Made by a program: the position numbers and the translations under genes | The notes under the pieces: model-generated | What the model saw: the letters and a program-made list of their open reading frames with translations, nothing else | Databases searched by the model: none | Told to the model about the DNA's origin: nothing | Part shown: positions 1 through 9,439 of the stretch, one piece after another | Numbering within the stretch: position 1 is the first letter of the stretch | How the letters are laid out: every line of letters starts with the position of its first letter | NCBI GenBank assembly: GCA_963676835.2 | Contig: CAXXFF010000001.1 | Coordinates: 544,001 to 608,000 of the forward strand | Length of the DNA stretch: 64,000 nucleotides | Reading direction: 5' to 3' | From: Marispirochaeta sp. | Lineage (GTDB): Bacteria > Spirochaetota > Spirochaetia > JC444 > Marispirochaetaceae

Positions 1-277
1 CGACAACCGCGTAATGTTCACTTCCGATACCCGTTTTGACCCGGAACTGATAGACAGCTTTACCGAGAACTTCGACATTGAGTACATCTTCCACGACTGT
101 CAGTTTTTTACCGGCGGGGTTCATGCCGGCCTGGACGAACTGGCAACCCTGCCGGACAATGTGAAAGAGCGGATTATCCTTACCCATTATGGAGACAACT
201 GGAAGGATAAAGAGGCGGATATTGCGAAGATGGGCTTTTACGGCCTGGCTAAACAGTGGCACCACTACACCTTCTGA
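1..277 (+). CDS. MBL-fold metallo-hydrolase, C-terminal part (5' truncated by window)
   Basis: Frame open from base 2; FTSDT...IFHDC...GVHA...LTHY matches the C-terminal motifs of RNase Z / phosphodiesterase-like MBL proteins. Confidence 0.7.
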   Translation, partial: DNRVMFTSDTRFDPELIDSFTENFDIEYIFHDCQFFTGGVHAGLDELATLPDNVKERIILTHYGDNWKDKEADIAKMGFYGLAKQWHHYTF

Positions 278-283
278 GGGCGG

Positions 284-961
284 ATGAAGTTCTGGAAAAG
301 AGTCATCTACAACACTATCCGCGGAGTAACCCGGCTTAATCTTTCCCTGTTTTATGATTTTCGGGTCTGGGGTAAGGAACACATTCCCCCGGAAGGGCCG
401 AGAATCTACTGTTCCAACCATTTTTCATCCTCTGACCCCGGGTTTGTTATAACCCTCATGCCGGAACCGGTTCATATGGTCATCGGTTCAGCCTTTGGAA
501 TTCCCGGTCTCGGCGCACTGCTGAAAGCCGGGGAGCAGATCAATGCCTTCGGGGAGGAGGACCGTAAAAGGGTTATCCCCGAAGCGGTTGAGTATCTGAA
601 GAAAGGGGAATCGGTCTATATTTTTCCTGAAGGTGATATCGGCGACCAGCAGGAGCTGAGGCGTTTTTACACCGGTATTGCCCGTATCTACCTGGAATAT
701 CCCGTACCGATCATACCCATCGGCCTGATCTCACCCAGGCGTAATGTATCCGATAAGGACGTTACTGTTCACGAAGTGCTTTTCCATCAGCTGCGGGTGG
801 TTTCCAAAAACTACTATGCCAATATTGGTGCACCCCTGGAGTTTCCAGAGTATCTGAAAATAGAAGATACCAGGACGGCGGCCGGTGAAATTACGGATCT
901 GATAAAACTGAAAATATCAGAGCTCATTGACGATATCAAACAGAACAAATTCTGGAGTTAA
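284..961 (+). CDS. lysophospholipid (1-acyl-glycerol-3-phosphate) acyltransferase family protein
   Basis: NHFSSSD (NHxxxxD) and IFPEG motifs of the PlsC family. Confidence 0.88.
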   Translation: MKFWKRVIYNTIRGVTRLNLSLFYDFRVWGKEHIPPEGPRIYCSNHFSSSDPGFVITLMPEPVHMVIGSAFGIPGLGALLKAGEQINAFGEEDRKRVIPEAVEYLKKGESVYIFPEGDIGDQQELRRFYTGIARIYLEYPVPIIPIGLISPRRNVSDKDVTVHEVLFHQLRVVSKNYYANIGAPLEFPEYLKIEDTRTAAGEITDLIKLKISELIDDIKQNKFWS

Positions 962-973
962 AAGGAGGGGACA

Positions 974-1771
974 ATGAAGGTCCTTGAAGAGATAAAACAA
1001 ATTTTCAATCTGATTATGGAACATTCCGAGGATGTTTCAAAAATTCGCTTTGAAGCCCGCATGAAAAACGGAGCGGCTTTTAAATACAGCTTCGACCGGC
1101 AGAAATGGGAGAAAGAGCTGCAGAAAGACAAAATTCCCAAGCGGGAATCCAACCAGCTTATCAACGCGATCCTTGATGTTGTCGGTATTGCCGCGGCAGT
1201 TTCCATCCTGGTGCTTCTGGCTACCCTTGCCGGGATTGGCGGGAAATCCGCGGAAGCGGCCAGTTACAGCGTGGGCGGAGGCCTTCTGATCCTCTATTTT
1301 CTCTTCAGTGCTATATTCAACTTTCTCACACCAGGTCATACAGCCCGGGATTTCTTTTTCCGCTTCAGAGGAATTTTACTCTTTCTTACCATGGCCGGGT
1401 TTTATCTTCCCCTCTTTCTTGTCTACACCGGTGGAACCTCCGGCGCAACCTTTGTAGGTATTATGCTGCTGTTCTCCCTGGTGGGACTCTACATGTTCGG
1501 TCTTAATACAAAAGGTGCCCGTAAAACGGCTGGTATTTTCGGCATCCTGCTTTCATGGATTCCGGTGGCTGCCCTGCCCTTTATGATCCACCCCCTGGGG
1601 TTTTTCCGCAGCGTTCTAATTGCAGTAACCTCACTGCTTTTAAGCTTCTGGACGGTGGCAGCCATGAGGGAAAATCCGGCGGAGCAGAAGGAGACACCTG
1701 CAACCAACCTCTTCCTGCTGTTTGCAAGCCTCTGTCTCTTCTGGCTGCATCTGCTCTGGCTGGGAGCCTGA
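974..1771 (+). CDS. hemolysin III / PAQR-like 7-TM membrane protein (divergent)
   Basis: AGGAGG RBS; about 7 hydrophobic helices; NQLINAILDVVG resembles HlyIII EEIANAITHGIG, but conserved His residues are absent. Confidence 0.55.
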   Translation: MKVLEEIKQIFNLIMEHSEDVSKIRFEARMKNGAAFKYSFDRQKWEKELQKDKIPKRESNQLINAILDVVGIAAAVSILVLLATLAGIGGKSAEAASYSVGGGLLILYFLFSAIFNFLTPGHTARDFFFRFRGILLFLTMAGFYLPLFLVYTGGTSGATFVGIMLLFSLVGLYMFGLNTKGARKTAGIFGILLSWIPVAALPFMIHPLGFFRSVLIAVTSLLLSFWTVAAMRENPAEQKETPATNLFLLFASLCLFWLHLLWLGA

Positions 1772-1778
1772 TCAGACG

Positions 1779-2369
1779 TCAGGCAAGATCGGGAGATAGA
1801 TTAGAAGAGAGGTCCATAGAAAGTTCAGGAGAACCGGTTAAACCCTTCTCTTTCAGCATATCCGAATAGTACCTGGCCTCCAGGCGGCTTTCGGATATGC
1901 CGGTCTCCCGGTAAATCTGCATAATCTCTTGCCGTGCAGTTTCAGCATCTGCCTCCTCTTCGGGGACAACTTTTTCAATCTCAAGAAAGCGGCCCAGCCC
2001 GGCCACTTCCACAAACTCGACAATAAGCCCCCGGCCGGTAAACTTCAGACCCGATTTCTTTTTGCGCAAGAAAAATGTGCAGCCGAACCGGCGGAGGAGT
2101 TCATCCAGAACTTCAAAGCTTCCCACGGTGGTTTCATGCTCCCGGTTTATTTCAAGGGCACCTTCACGCCGTTTATCTTTGTAGGTAAGAATCCATTCAT
2201 CACCGCTTCTGCGCAGCCGTATGGTCCTCAGCAGAGGAAACTGTTCACCCGCCTCGTAATAGATATCATCCTTATAAATCTCAGAAGCCTCGCCGAACAA
2301 CTCCCGCAGCCGGGCTTCCACCTCTTCGGGATTATCCACCCAGGCTTTAAGTTCTATTTCCATGGACAT
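1779..2369 (-). CDS. cyaB: CYTH-domain protein (class IV adenylate cyclase-like)
   Basis: EIELK N-terminal motif, DIYY, IRLR, LTYK, EHET, FLEIE. Confidence 0.85.
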   Translation of the reverse strand: MSMEIELKAWVDNPEEVEARLRELFGEASEIYKDDIYYEAGEQFPLLRTIRLRRSGDEWILTYKDKRREGALEINREHETTVGSFEVLDELLRRFGCTFFLRKKKSGLKFTGRGLIVEFVEVAGLGRFLEIEKVVPEEEADAETARQEIMQIYRETGISESRLEARYYSDMLKEKGLTGSPELSMDLSSNLSPDLA

Positions 2370-2411
2370 GATGAACTCCTTCTTACTTTATTTTTCCCCT
2401 TTCCCTTTTTC

Positions 2412-3752
2412 TCAGTCAAACCAGATAAAAAAGGCAGGCTGATAGAGGAACTCCGCAAGGCGGCTCTGCAGCTGAGGGCTCTCCCGGTAGGCAATTTCAA
2501 GATCCGTCGGTGAAGGAGAAGCCGCAAAAAACGAGGGGATTCCCCCGTGGATCTTCGGCATGGCGGTGATCAGCGACCGGCCTCTGAGCATACCGTCCAG
2601 CCGATACTGCTCCATACCGGAAACAACCGCAACATCCCGTTCGCTCAAATCGGGGTGCTGTCCGGGTATATAGGAGAAAATACCCGGATAGAAGAGAAAC
2701 CGTTTTCTCTCATCCCTGTAGGCGTTGAAACTTCCCTCCCACAGAACCGGAGAAGGTTTTACAGTTCTTGAATTGCCGATCTTTTTCAGCACCGTGGAGG
2801 TAAAAATCCTGCCGGTAATTTCCGGAAGTCCCGGATCAAGCAGCGGGGTTGCCCCGGCAAAAAGACCGAGATCACCAATACGGACATCCTCATACAGGGA
2901 AGCTCCCTCTGGGGCTTCGGAAAAATCCAGAGAAATCGCTTCTGCACCCTTTGTCAGATCCTCCACAGGAATGGAAAACTCAAGAGCCAGGCCATTGGAA
3001 TAATTCGGCAGGGTCAGAGGAGCACGGGGAATAAAGACAAGACTGCGAAAGCCCCGTCTGCTGCCTCCGGCAGCACCGGTTTCGAGAATACTGTCCAGAA
3101 CCCTGCCAGTCTGCTCATTTAAACCTGAAGCAAGCTCAGGATACAGCTGCTTTGCATCTTTCAACGACGAAATCCCGCTTCTGTATTGGCGTGATCCTTC
3201 GGGAGCGGTCAGATAGAGAGGTTCTGCAAGCAGGGAGGCATCAAGAAAAATCAGGGCCTCAGGCAGTTCCGCAGTATCCCGCTGTGATGCAAAAAAATCA
3301 TCCCCATCAACTGCACCGGCTATAAACCCCGGTGTACGTTCCGGTGCGGTTCGTAGGATGAGAACATCCGCTTTGGATAACTCTGCAGACCCGTAGGTCT
3401 GAATCGGGACAAGCCGATGAACCGTGTCAGTCTTGAAGATAAAACGTTCAGGCTGTATCGACCATGCCCCGGGTCTGTCGAAGCGCATAACCAGCATGCG
3501 TTTCCCGGGAACCCTGCCCTCTTCCAGCTGCATGATGGTGACATCCTCTACGGGCAGGTAGACCGAATAGACCGGCTTCTCCGGGACAGGAGCCGGAACT
3601 GCCTCCGGAATAATCTGGGGTTCACCCGCTTCCGGCTGACTGCTGCATGAAGCAACACCAAGCAGAACAACTGTCAGGAGGAGCATAAAAATACCGGCAG
3701 CCCCTGAAGGCCGCCGGCGGTAATCACCCGAAAAGAACTTATTTCCAGTCAA
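2412..3752 (-). CDS. hypothetical lipoprotein
   Basis: Basic stretch, hydrophobic core and lipobox LGVASC; start probably TTG 3752 (alternatives ATG 3767 or 3686), not 4046, which lies deep inside gpmI. Confidence 0.65.
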   Translation of the reverse strand: MTGNKFFSGDYRRRPSGAAGIFMLLLTVVLLGVASCSSQPEAGEPQIIPEAVPAPVPEKPVYSVYLPVEDVTIMQLEEGRVPGKRMLVMRFDRPGAWSIQPERFIFKTDTVHRLVPIQTYGSAELSKADVLILRTAPERTPGFIAGAVDGDDFFASQRDTAELPEALIFLDASLLAEPLYLTAPEGSRQYRSGISSLKDAKQLYPELASGLNEQTGRVLDSILETGAAGGSRRGFRSLVFIPRAPLTLPNYSNGLALEFSIPVEDLTKGAEAISLDFSEAPEGASLYEDVRIGDLGLFAGATPLLDPGLPEITGRIFTSTVLKKIGNSRTVKPSPVLWEGSFNAYRDERKRFLFYPGIFSYIPGQHPDLSERDVAVVSGMEQYRLDGMLRGRSLITAMPKIHGGIPSFFAASPSPTDLEIAYRESPQLQSRLAEFLYQPAFFIWFD

Positions 3753-5388
3753 GAACACTGGTGTCATAGTCCTCAGGGGCCGTATAGCCCAGAAGTTCGA
3801 TGGAGGTTGCCGCAAGAGAGCTGATTCCAAGACCCTCTTTGAGTTTGGGAGCATATTCACCCTTGCTGTCAAAATCCACAATAACACAGGGCACAGGATT
3901 AAGGGAGTGAGAGGTCTTTGCCTTGGGCTGACCATTCTCCTTGATAACAACACTGCCGTCTTTTTTGTGCTCGTACATGTCGTCGGAGTTACCGTGGTCG
4001 GCGGTAAGAATAAGGGTAGCTCCGGCCTTCTTCGCAGCTTTTTCAAGCCTTCCCAGCTGCAGGTCCATGGCCTCTATGGAGCAGACTACCGCAGGGAAAA
4101 TACCGGTATGACCGACCATATCGCCGTTGGGGAAGTTCAGCCGGATAAAATCATATTTACCTTCTTCAAGGGCTTCAATAACCTTGTCGGTAATCTCCGC
4201 AGTCTTCATCCAGGGACGCTGTTCGAAGGGAACGATATCTGAAGGAATTTCAATATAGTCTTCCAGCTTTTCATCAAACTTGCCGGTTTTGTTTCCGTTG
4301 AAGAAGTAGGTAACATGGCCGTACTTCTGGGTCTCGCTGATAGCAAGCTGCTTAACCCCGGTGGCGACAAGGTATTCTCCCATGGTGCGGTCGATGGATG
4401 GAGGGGGTACCAGATACTGTTTGGGTACATGCAGGTCGCCGTCGTACTCCATCATTCCCGCATACTCAACTGCAGGTCTCCGTTTGCGGTCGAAGGCGGT
4501 AAAATCATCATCCTCAAAAGCCGAGGTAATTTCCAGGGCACGGTCGCCGCGAAAATTAAAGAAAACCATGGAATCGCCGTCTTCAACAGTACCAATGGGG
4601 GTTCCGTTCTCGCCGATTATAAAGGGGGGAAGGTCCTGGTCGATGGCTCCGGTCTCTTCCCGAAGGGTTTCTACAGCTTCGTGGGCAGAGGCAAACTGAC
4701 GGCCCTCTCCCAGAACATGGGTATACCATCCATTCTCCACCATTTTCCAGTTAGCCCCGTAACGATCCATGGTGATCTGCATTCTTCCGCCGCCGGAGGC
4801 AATCCGGTAATCTACACCTTTAGCATTGAGACCGGCCAGAAACTCTTCAAAGGGATCAATATATTCAAGGGCAGAAGTTTCACCCACATCCCGTCCATCA
4901 AGGAGAATATGCACCCGTGCCTTCTTTACCCCCAGGGAGAGGGCATTTTCCAGCATGGCTCTGAGGTGAGCTACATTGGAATGCACATTTCCGTCGGAAA
5001 AAAGACCGAGAAAATGGAGGGTTGATGATTTGTCATTGACATTGGCAACCAGTTTATTCCAGGTTTCGCCCTTGAAGAAGGTCCCCTCTTCGATGGACTT
5101 ACCGACCAGTTTTGCACCCTGGGCAAAAACGCGTCCGCAGCCGATGGCATTATGACCGACTTCACTGTTTCCCATGTCGTCATCCGAAGGCAGACCGACA
5201 GCAGTTCCGTGAGCCCGAAGCCGGGTTGAAGGCCACTCGGCGGTAAGCCTGTCCAGATTGGGAGTAAGGGCTGCCTTGACTGCATCACCCTGTTCGTAGG
5301 AGCCGTAGCCGACTCCGTCCATTACAATAAGTACAACCGGCCCCTTGCGGCCCTTGAACTTCGAATTCTTCGCCAATGCTTTAACCAT
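3739..5388 (-). CDS. gpmI: 2,3-bisphosphoglycerate-independent phosphoglycerate mutase
   Basis: MDGVG, MGNSEVGH, NFRGDR, DMVGHTG, TADHGN motifs. Confidence 0.97.
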   Translation of the reverse strand: MVKALAKNSKFKGRKGPVVLIVMDGVGYGSYEQGDAVKAALTPNLDRLTAEWPSTRLRAHGTAVGLPSDDDMGNSEVGHNAIGCGRVFAQGAKLVGKSIEEGTFFKGETWNKLVANVNDKSSTLHFLGLFSDGNVHSNVAHLRAMLENALSLGVKKARVHILLDGRDVGETSALEYIDPFEEFLAGLNAKGVDYRIASGGGRMQITMDRYGANWKMVENGWYTHVLGEGRQFASAHEAVETLREETGAIDQDLPPFIIGENGTPIGTVEDGDSMVFFNFRGDRALEITSAFEDDDFTAFDRKRRPAVEYAGMMEYDGDLHVPKQYLVPPPSIDRTMGEYLVATGVKQLAISETQKYGHVTYFFNGNKTGKFDEKLEDYIEIPSDIVPFEQRPWMKTAEITDKVIEALEEGKYDFIRLNFPNGDMVGHTGIFPAVVCSIEAMDLQLGRLEKAAKKAGATLILTADHGNSDDMYEHKKDGSVVIKENGQPKAKTSHSLNPVPCVIVDFDSKGEYAPKLKEGLGISSLAATSIELLGYTAPEDYDTSVLDWK

Positions 5389-5522
5389 AACAATATCCTT
5401 CCGTTTTACTTCAAATAGCTGTCTGACTGTAACAACAGGGACAAGCTCATAATTTCCTTCCGGTTTCTACACAATATAGTAATACAATCTTGTCAGGGAA
5501 AGAGTTATATTCCGCCGTCTGA

Positions 5523-6398
5523 CTAATCGAAGATTACTGTTTTATTGTTGAATACCAGTACCTTGTTATCCACGTGGAGCTGAACCGCCCGGGACAGCAC
5601 CATCTTCTCCAGATTTTTACCTTTCTGCACAAGATCCTGAACCGTATCCCTGTGGGAAATACGGGTTACGTTCTGCTCTATAATCGGCCCCTGATCCAGT
5701 TCCGCAGTAACATAGTGACTGGTGGCTCCGATAATCTTTACTCCCCGGGAGTATGCCTGATGATAGGGCTTGGCCCCGATAAAAGCAGGGAGAAATGAGT
5801 GATGAATGTTGATTATTCTGTTTTTATAACGCTCGACAAAGGAGTTGCTTAAGATCTGCATATACCGGGCAAGGACAATAAGGTCCGCCTGATGCCGGTC
5901 GATGACTTCCCACTGCGCAGCCTCTGCTTCCGCCTTGGTCGCTTTGGTAACCGGGATATGATAGAAAGGAACTTCGAAGTATTCCGCGATGGAACTGCAG
6001 TCATCATGATTGGAGATTATACAGACAATCTCCGCATCCAGTTCCCCCGACTTCCAGCGGGTCATGAGATCCCACAGACAGTGATCAAACTTTGATACAA
6101 AAATGGCTGTCCGGGTGACTCTGGTGGAGAACTCGATACGCCACTGCATCTGAAACTTCTCGGCAATAGCTTCGAATGCCTGGGGAATTTTATCCTTCTT
6201 GATGGTGAAATCCACCAGGTCCCACTCAATGCGCATAAAAAAAGTGCCGGTCTCGTCATCGTTATGCTGATCTGAATGGAGGATATTTCCGTTATAGGTA
6301 AAAATAAAATGGGTAACTTCAGCTACGATTCCCCGGTGGTCGGGGCAGCTTATCAGCAGGGTTGCTGTATCGCCGGAATTGGGCCGACTGGTTGCCAT
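5523..6398 (-). CDS. purU: formyltetrahydrofolate deformylase
   Basis: ACT domain SCPDHRGIVA, LARYMQIL, INIHHSFLPAFIGAKPY, DQGPII; start placed at ATG 6398. Confidence 0.95.
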   Translation of the reverse strand: MATSRPNSGDTATLLISCPDHRGIVAEVTHFIFTYNGNILHSDQHNDDETGTFFMRIEWDLVDFTIKKDKIPQAFEAIAEKFQMQWRIEFSTRVTRTAIFVSKFDHCLWDLMTRWKSGELDAEIVCIISNHDDCSSIAEYFEVPFYHIPVTKATKAEAEAAQWEVIDRHQADLIVLARYMQILSNSFVERYKNRIINIHHSFLPAFIGAKPYHQAYSRGVKIIGATSHYVTAELDQGPIIEQNVTRISHRDTVQDLVQKGKNLEKMVLSRAVQLHVDNKVLVFNNKTVIFD

Positions 6399-6599
6399 GG
6401 ATGAAAAGCTCCTTTGCGTAAGTCGCGCCATACTGCCCGGTAATAAAACCGGAGAGCAGCGCATTTCATCGGGTATTCTATCAGGTTGATGCAAAAAAAA
6501 GCAATGATGCGCCGGTTTTCTTCAGCATCCTTTTTCATACCTGTGTAAGCCTCTTTTTCTGGCTTCCCTTAGTCCTCTATACGGGTATAATCATAAGAT

Positions 6600-7415
6600 A
6601 TGAATAATGATTCACCCCGCATTATCCAGAGTGCCCGACCCCTGTTTTTAAGGGGAACAAACAATACAGCCGTCCTGCTTATACACGGCTGGACCGGCTA
6701 TCCGGGGCAGCACTATTTTCTGGCGGAAGCCCTCAACAAGCAAGGCTATACCGTCGCCGTACCCCGTCTTCCGGGGCACGGCAGCACAACCGCAGACTTT
6801 CTCTCCGCCAGGGGAGCTGACTGGATAAGAAAAGCGGAAGATGCCTATATGGAACTATCCGTGGACTACCCGAGGACTGTCCCGGTGGGAGTTTCCATGG
6901 GAGCCCTTCTGGCACTGCACATCGGCGCCCGCTGGAAAGTTCCCGGAATAGGAGCTGCGGCCCCGGCGGTTTCCCTGAAAAACCGCTTTGCCCATTTTGC
7001 CCCCTGGATTCACCCTTTTATAAGCGAAATCCCCCTTTCACCTGAAGAAAAGGAAGGAAAAAAAATGAAAAAAAGAACAGATGAGGGGGATGAGAAAAAA
7101 TTTGAAGATCCCGATGAAGAGTATATCCGGGAACAGTACTGGTCTGCCCGTTACCCATCAGCTGTTGCACAGTTTTTAAAGGTGCGCAGAAAAGTGCTGA
7201 AGGAACTCTCTCTGGTAGAGGCTCCCCTCTATATTGTCGAAACCGAACAGGATGAGATGGTGACTCTGAGATCCGGACAGTTTATTCAGGAAAAAAGCCG
7301 TTCAGCCAAGGTGGACCGGCTCCTGCTGAAAGAGAGTAAGCACCAGGTTTTTAACGGAACAGAGCGGGAAACCGTTGCGTCAGGGCTTATTACCTGGCTT
7401 GATTCCCTTGAATAG
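6600..7415 (+). CDS. alpha/beta hydrolase (carboxylesterase / monoacylglycerol lipase-like)
   Basis: LLIHGWTG, PRLPGHG, GVSMG nucleophile elbow, DEMV and SKH triad candidates. Confidence 0.9.
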   Translation: MNNDSPRIIQSARPLFLRGTNNTAVLLIHGWTGYPGQHYFLAEALNKQGYTVAVPRLPGHGSTTADFLSARGADWIRKAEDAYMELSVDYPRTVPVGVSMGALLALHIGARWKVPGIGAAAPAVSLKNRFAHFAPWIHPFISEIPLSPEEKEGKKMKKRTDEGDEKKFEDPDEEYIREQYWSARYPSAVAQFLKVRRKVLKELSLVEAPLYIVETEQDEMVTLRSGQFIQEKSRSAKVDRLLLKESKHQVFNGTERETVASGLITWLDSLE

Positions 7416-7434
7416 TAATTAAAAAAGCACAACC

Positions 7435-7935
7435 CTATTCCCGGGGAATCTTCGCTTTAAGAACTATCTCTTCACCGCCAAGGCGGATAACCGCCTCTAT
7501 TTTTTCATCCCCCGGACTGTAGGGTTCCCTGCCCCGGAGTATCTGCTCCTCATCTTCCGGGTTCAGATAGCCGAAAAGGCGGACTTCCCTGCCCCCGGGC
7601 AGAACCCTCAGCAGACACTCAACCTCTTCTTCCTCCGGATCCCCATCGGGTATCGCCCGTACTGCGGTAAGGATTGTGCCGTCAAAGAGGCTCACATTCA
7701 TAGAGAAACGGTAGTCTGCTGCAGTTTTATCCCCGCCGCGGAAATAGGGAAGCAGAAACATACCCACTGCGGTCATTATGAGAATGTCCAGAAAGATCAC
7801 CATAAGATGACGGTTTCGGCTGAAAAAGCTGCCTTTCTGCCTGTTTTTAATATCATCGGGGAGTCGGGATTCCCGTTCTTCCCGGTTGTAATGAAAATGA
7901 AGCTCCCCGGGTCGATGGCTTTCAGGCCCCTTCAC
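7435..7935 (-). CDS. hypothetical single-TM membrane protein
   Basis: GTG 7935 overlaps the nnr stop; FHYNREER followed by one TM helix. Confidence 0.6.
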   Translation of the reverse strand: MKGPESHRPGELHFHYNREERESRLPDDIKNRQKGSFFSRNRHLMVIFLDILIMTAVGMFLLPYFRGGDKTAADYRFSMNVSLFDGTILTAVRAIPDGDPEEEEVECLLRVLPGGREVRLFGYLNPEDEEQILRGREPYSPGDEKIEAVIRLGGEEIVLKAKIPRE

Positions 7936-9439
7936 GGCGAAACTCCCCTGTAATGCGTCCAATAACAAGAAGAAGATCGGAAGCAGTAAATACTCCGAAC
8001 TCCTCTGCTGCCTGTGCTGCCGCCTGCTGATGTATCCAGGCAGCAGTTCCTGCACAGGCAAATCCGTCGAGGTCTCCTGCGGCCATAAGTCCTGCAGTAA
8101 GACCCGCCAGAACATCGCCGCTGCCGCCGGTTCCAGTTAGAGGGTTCATACCGTCGATAACGGCCGATCTGCCCCCGGGGGATACCACACAGGAGACATG
8201 GCCCTTCAGAAGAACCGTGGCATTGTATTTTTCTGAAGCCGCCGCTGCGGCTCCGAAGGGATCATCTGTAATGTCGCTATTTGAACAGTTCAGAAGGCGG
8301 GCACACTCCCCGGGATGGGGTGTCAGAATCCAGTCAGGATTCAGCTGAAGTGAGCTTTCCGCCAGCTGCGACAAAAGAGTCAGGCCGTCGGCATCAATAA
8401 CTCCTCTTTTGAAAGAGGAGACTATATCCGGCAACAGATTACCCCGCCCATCAAGCCCCCATCCGGGTCCCACAAGTACCGATGCATACCCCCGCAAATC
8501 CGGCAGATCCACAGAAGAATTCAGTGCAACAGGCCGCATAATCACCGGGGGAATCTGCCCCGCGGCGCTTGAGTAAATATCATCATCCAGAAAAAGGGTA
8601 ACAAGCCCTGCTCCGCTTCGTGCACACGCTTCTGCTGCCAATAGTGCTGCCCCCAGGGTGCCTTTTGAACCGGCAAAGAGTGCCGCATGTCCGCGGGTTT
8701 TCTTGTATGCCGTGGCAGCAAAGGGCTTCAGAACCTCGCGTACTTCATCCCGGTCCCAGAGGGTCCAGCCCGGAGTCTCGTCGACAAGACCTTCCGGAAA
8801 TCCGATGGGAATGTGCCGGATTTTTCCGCAGAACTCCCTGGCTGCAGGATGATACAGCGCCAGTTTTCCCGGAGCCACCGTAAGGGTAAGATCTGCAGGC
8901 AGAACGGTAAAGCCGGGCTTGAAGGAGTCCCCGATTCCCGAAGGCACATCCACTGCAGCTGTTCGGAAACTTTTCTCAGAAAGGTTCGCGACAAAAGAGG
9001 CGCACTCCCCCGGCAGCCGCGAAAGTTCTCCCTTGAGGCCTGTGCCGCTTAAGCCGTCGATGAGAATATCTGCACTGCGTATGGCATCTTCAGCCTTTTC
9101 CCTGTTGCGGGCAAAGGAAATCTGCTCCAGTCCCAGCTTTTTGCAGACAGCAAGCCACTGTCCAGCCAGACCTGAGTATTCATCTTTAAAGGTAATTATT
9201 GTTATAGAGGAGTATCCGGCGGCAGCTGCCTGCCGGGCCATAACCAGGGCATCCCCCCCGTTATTTCCGCCCCCGGCAAGAATAATTAGAGAATCAGTTT
9301 TTTCCGGGCGGAATTCCGACTCCAGGGCTTCAAAAAGACGTATACCGGCATTCTCCATGAGAATAACACCGGGAATGCCGTACTCATCCTGTGTGCGGCG
9401 GTCTATTTCTACTGCTCCAGTGTCAGGTACCAGCTTCAT
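7922..9439 (-). CDS. nnr: bifunctional NAD(P)H-hydrate epimerase/dehydratase (YjeF)
   Basis: LMENAG, GGGNNGGD, DVPSG, VIDADG, LTPHPGE, GGSGDVLAG. Confidence 0.93.
   Translation of the reverse strand: MKLVPDTGAVEIDRRTQDEYGIPGVILMENAGIRLFEALESEFRPEKTDSLIILAGGGNNGGDALVMARQAAAAGYSSITIITFKDEYSGLAGQWLAVCKKLGLEQISFARNREKAEDAIRSADILIDGLSGTGLKGELSRLPGECASFVANLSEKSFRTAAVDVPSGIGDSFKPGFTVLPADLTLTVAPGKLALYHPAAREFCGKIRHIPIGFPEGLVDETPGWTLWDRDEVREVLKPFAATAYKKTRGHAALFAGSKGTLGAALLAAEACARSGAGLVTLFLDDDIYSSAAGQIPPVIMRPVALNSSVDLPDLRGYASVLVGPGWGLDGRGNLLPDIVSSFKRGVIDADGLTLLSQLAESSLQLNPDWILTPHPGECARLLNCSNSDITDDPFGAAAAASEKYNATVLLKGHVSCVVSPGGRSAVIDGMNPLTGTGGSGDVLAGLTAGLMAAGDLDGFACAGTAAWIHQQAAAQAAEEFGVFTASDLLLVIGRITGEFRREGA

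Noticed and set aside
3753..4046. 5' extension of ORF 2412-4046
   Set aside because: Out-of-frame overlap with gpmI; the lipoprotein signal begins only near the gpmI stop.
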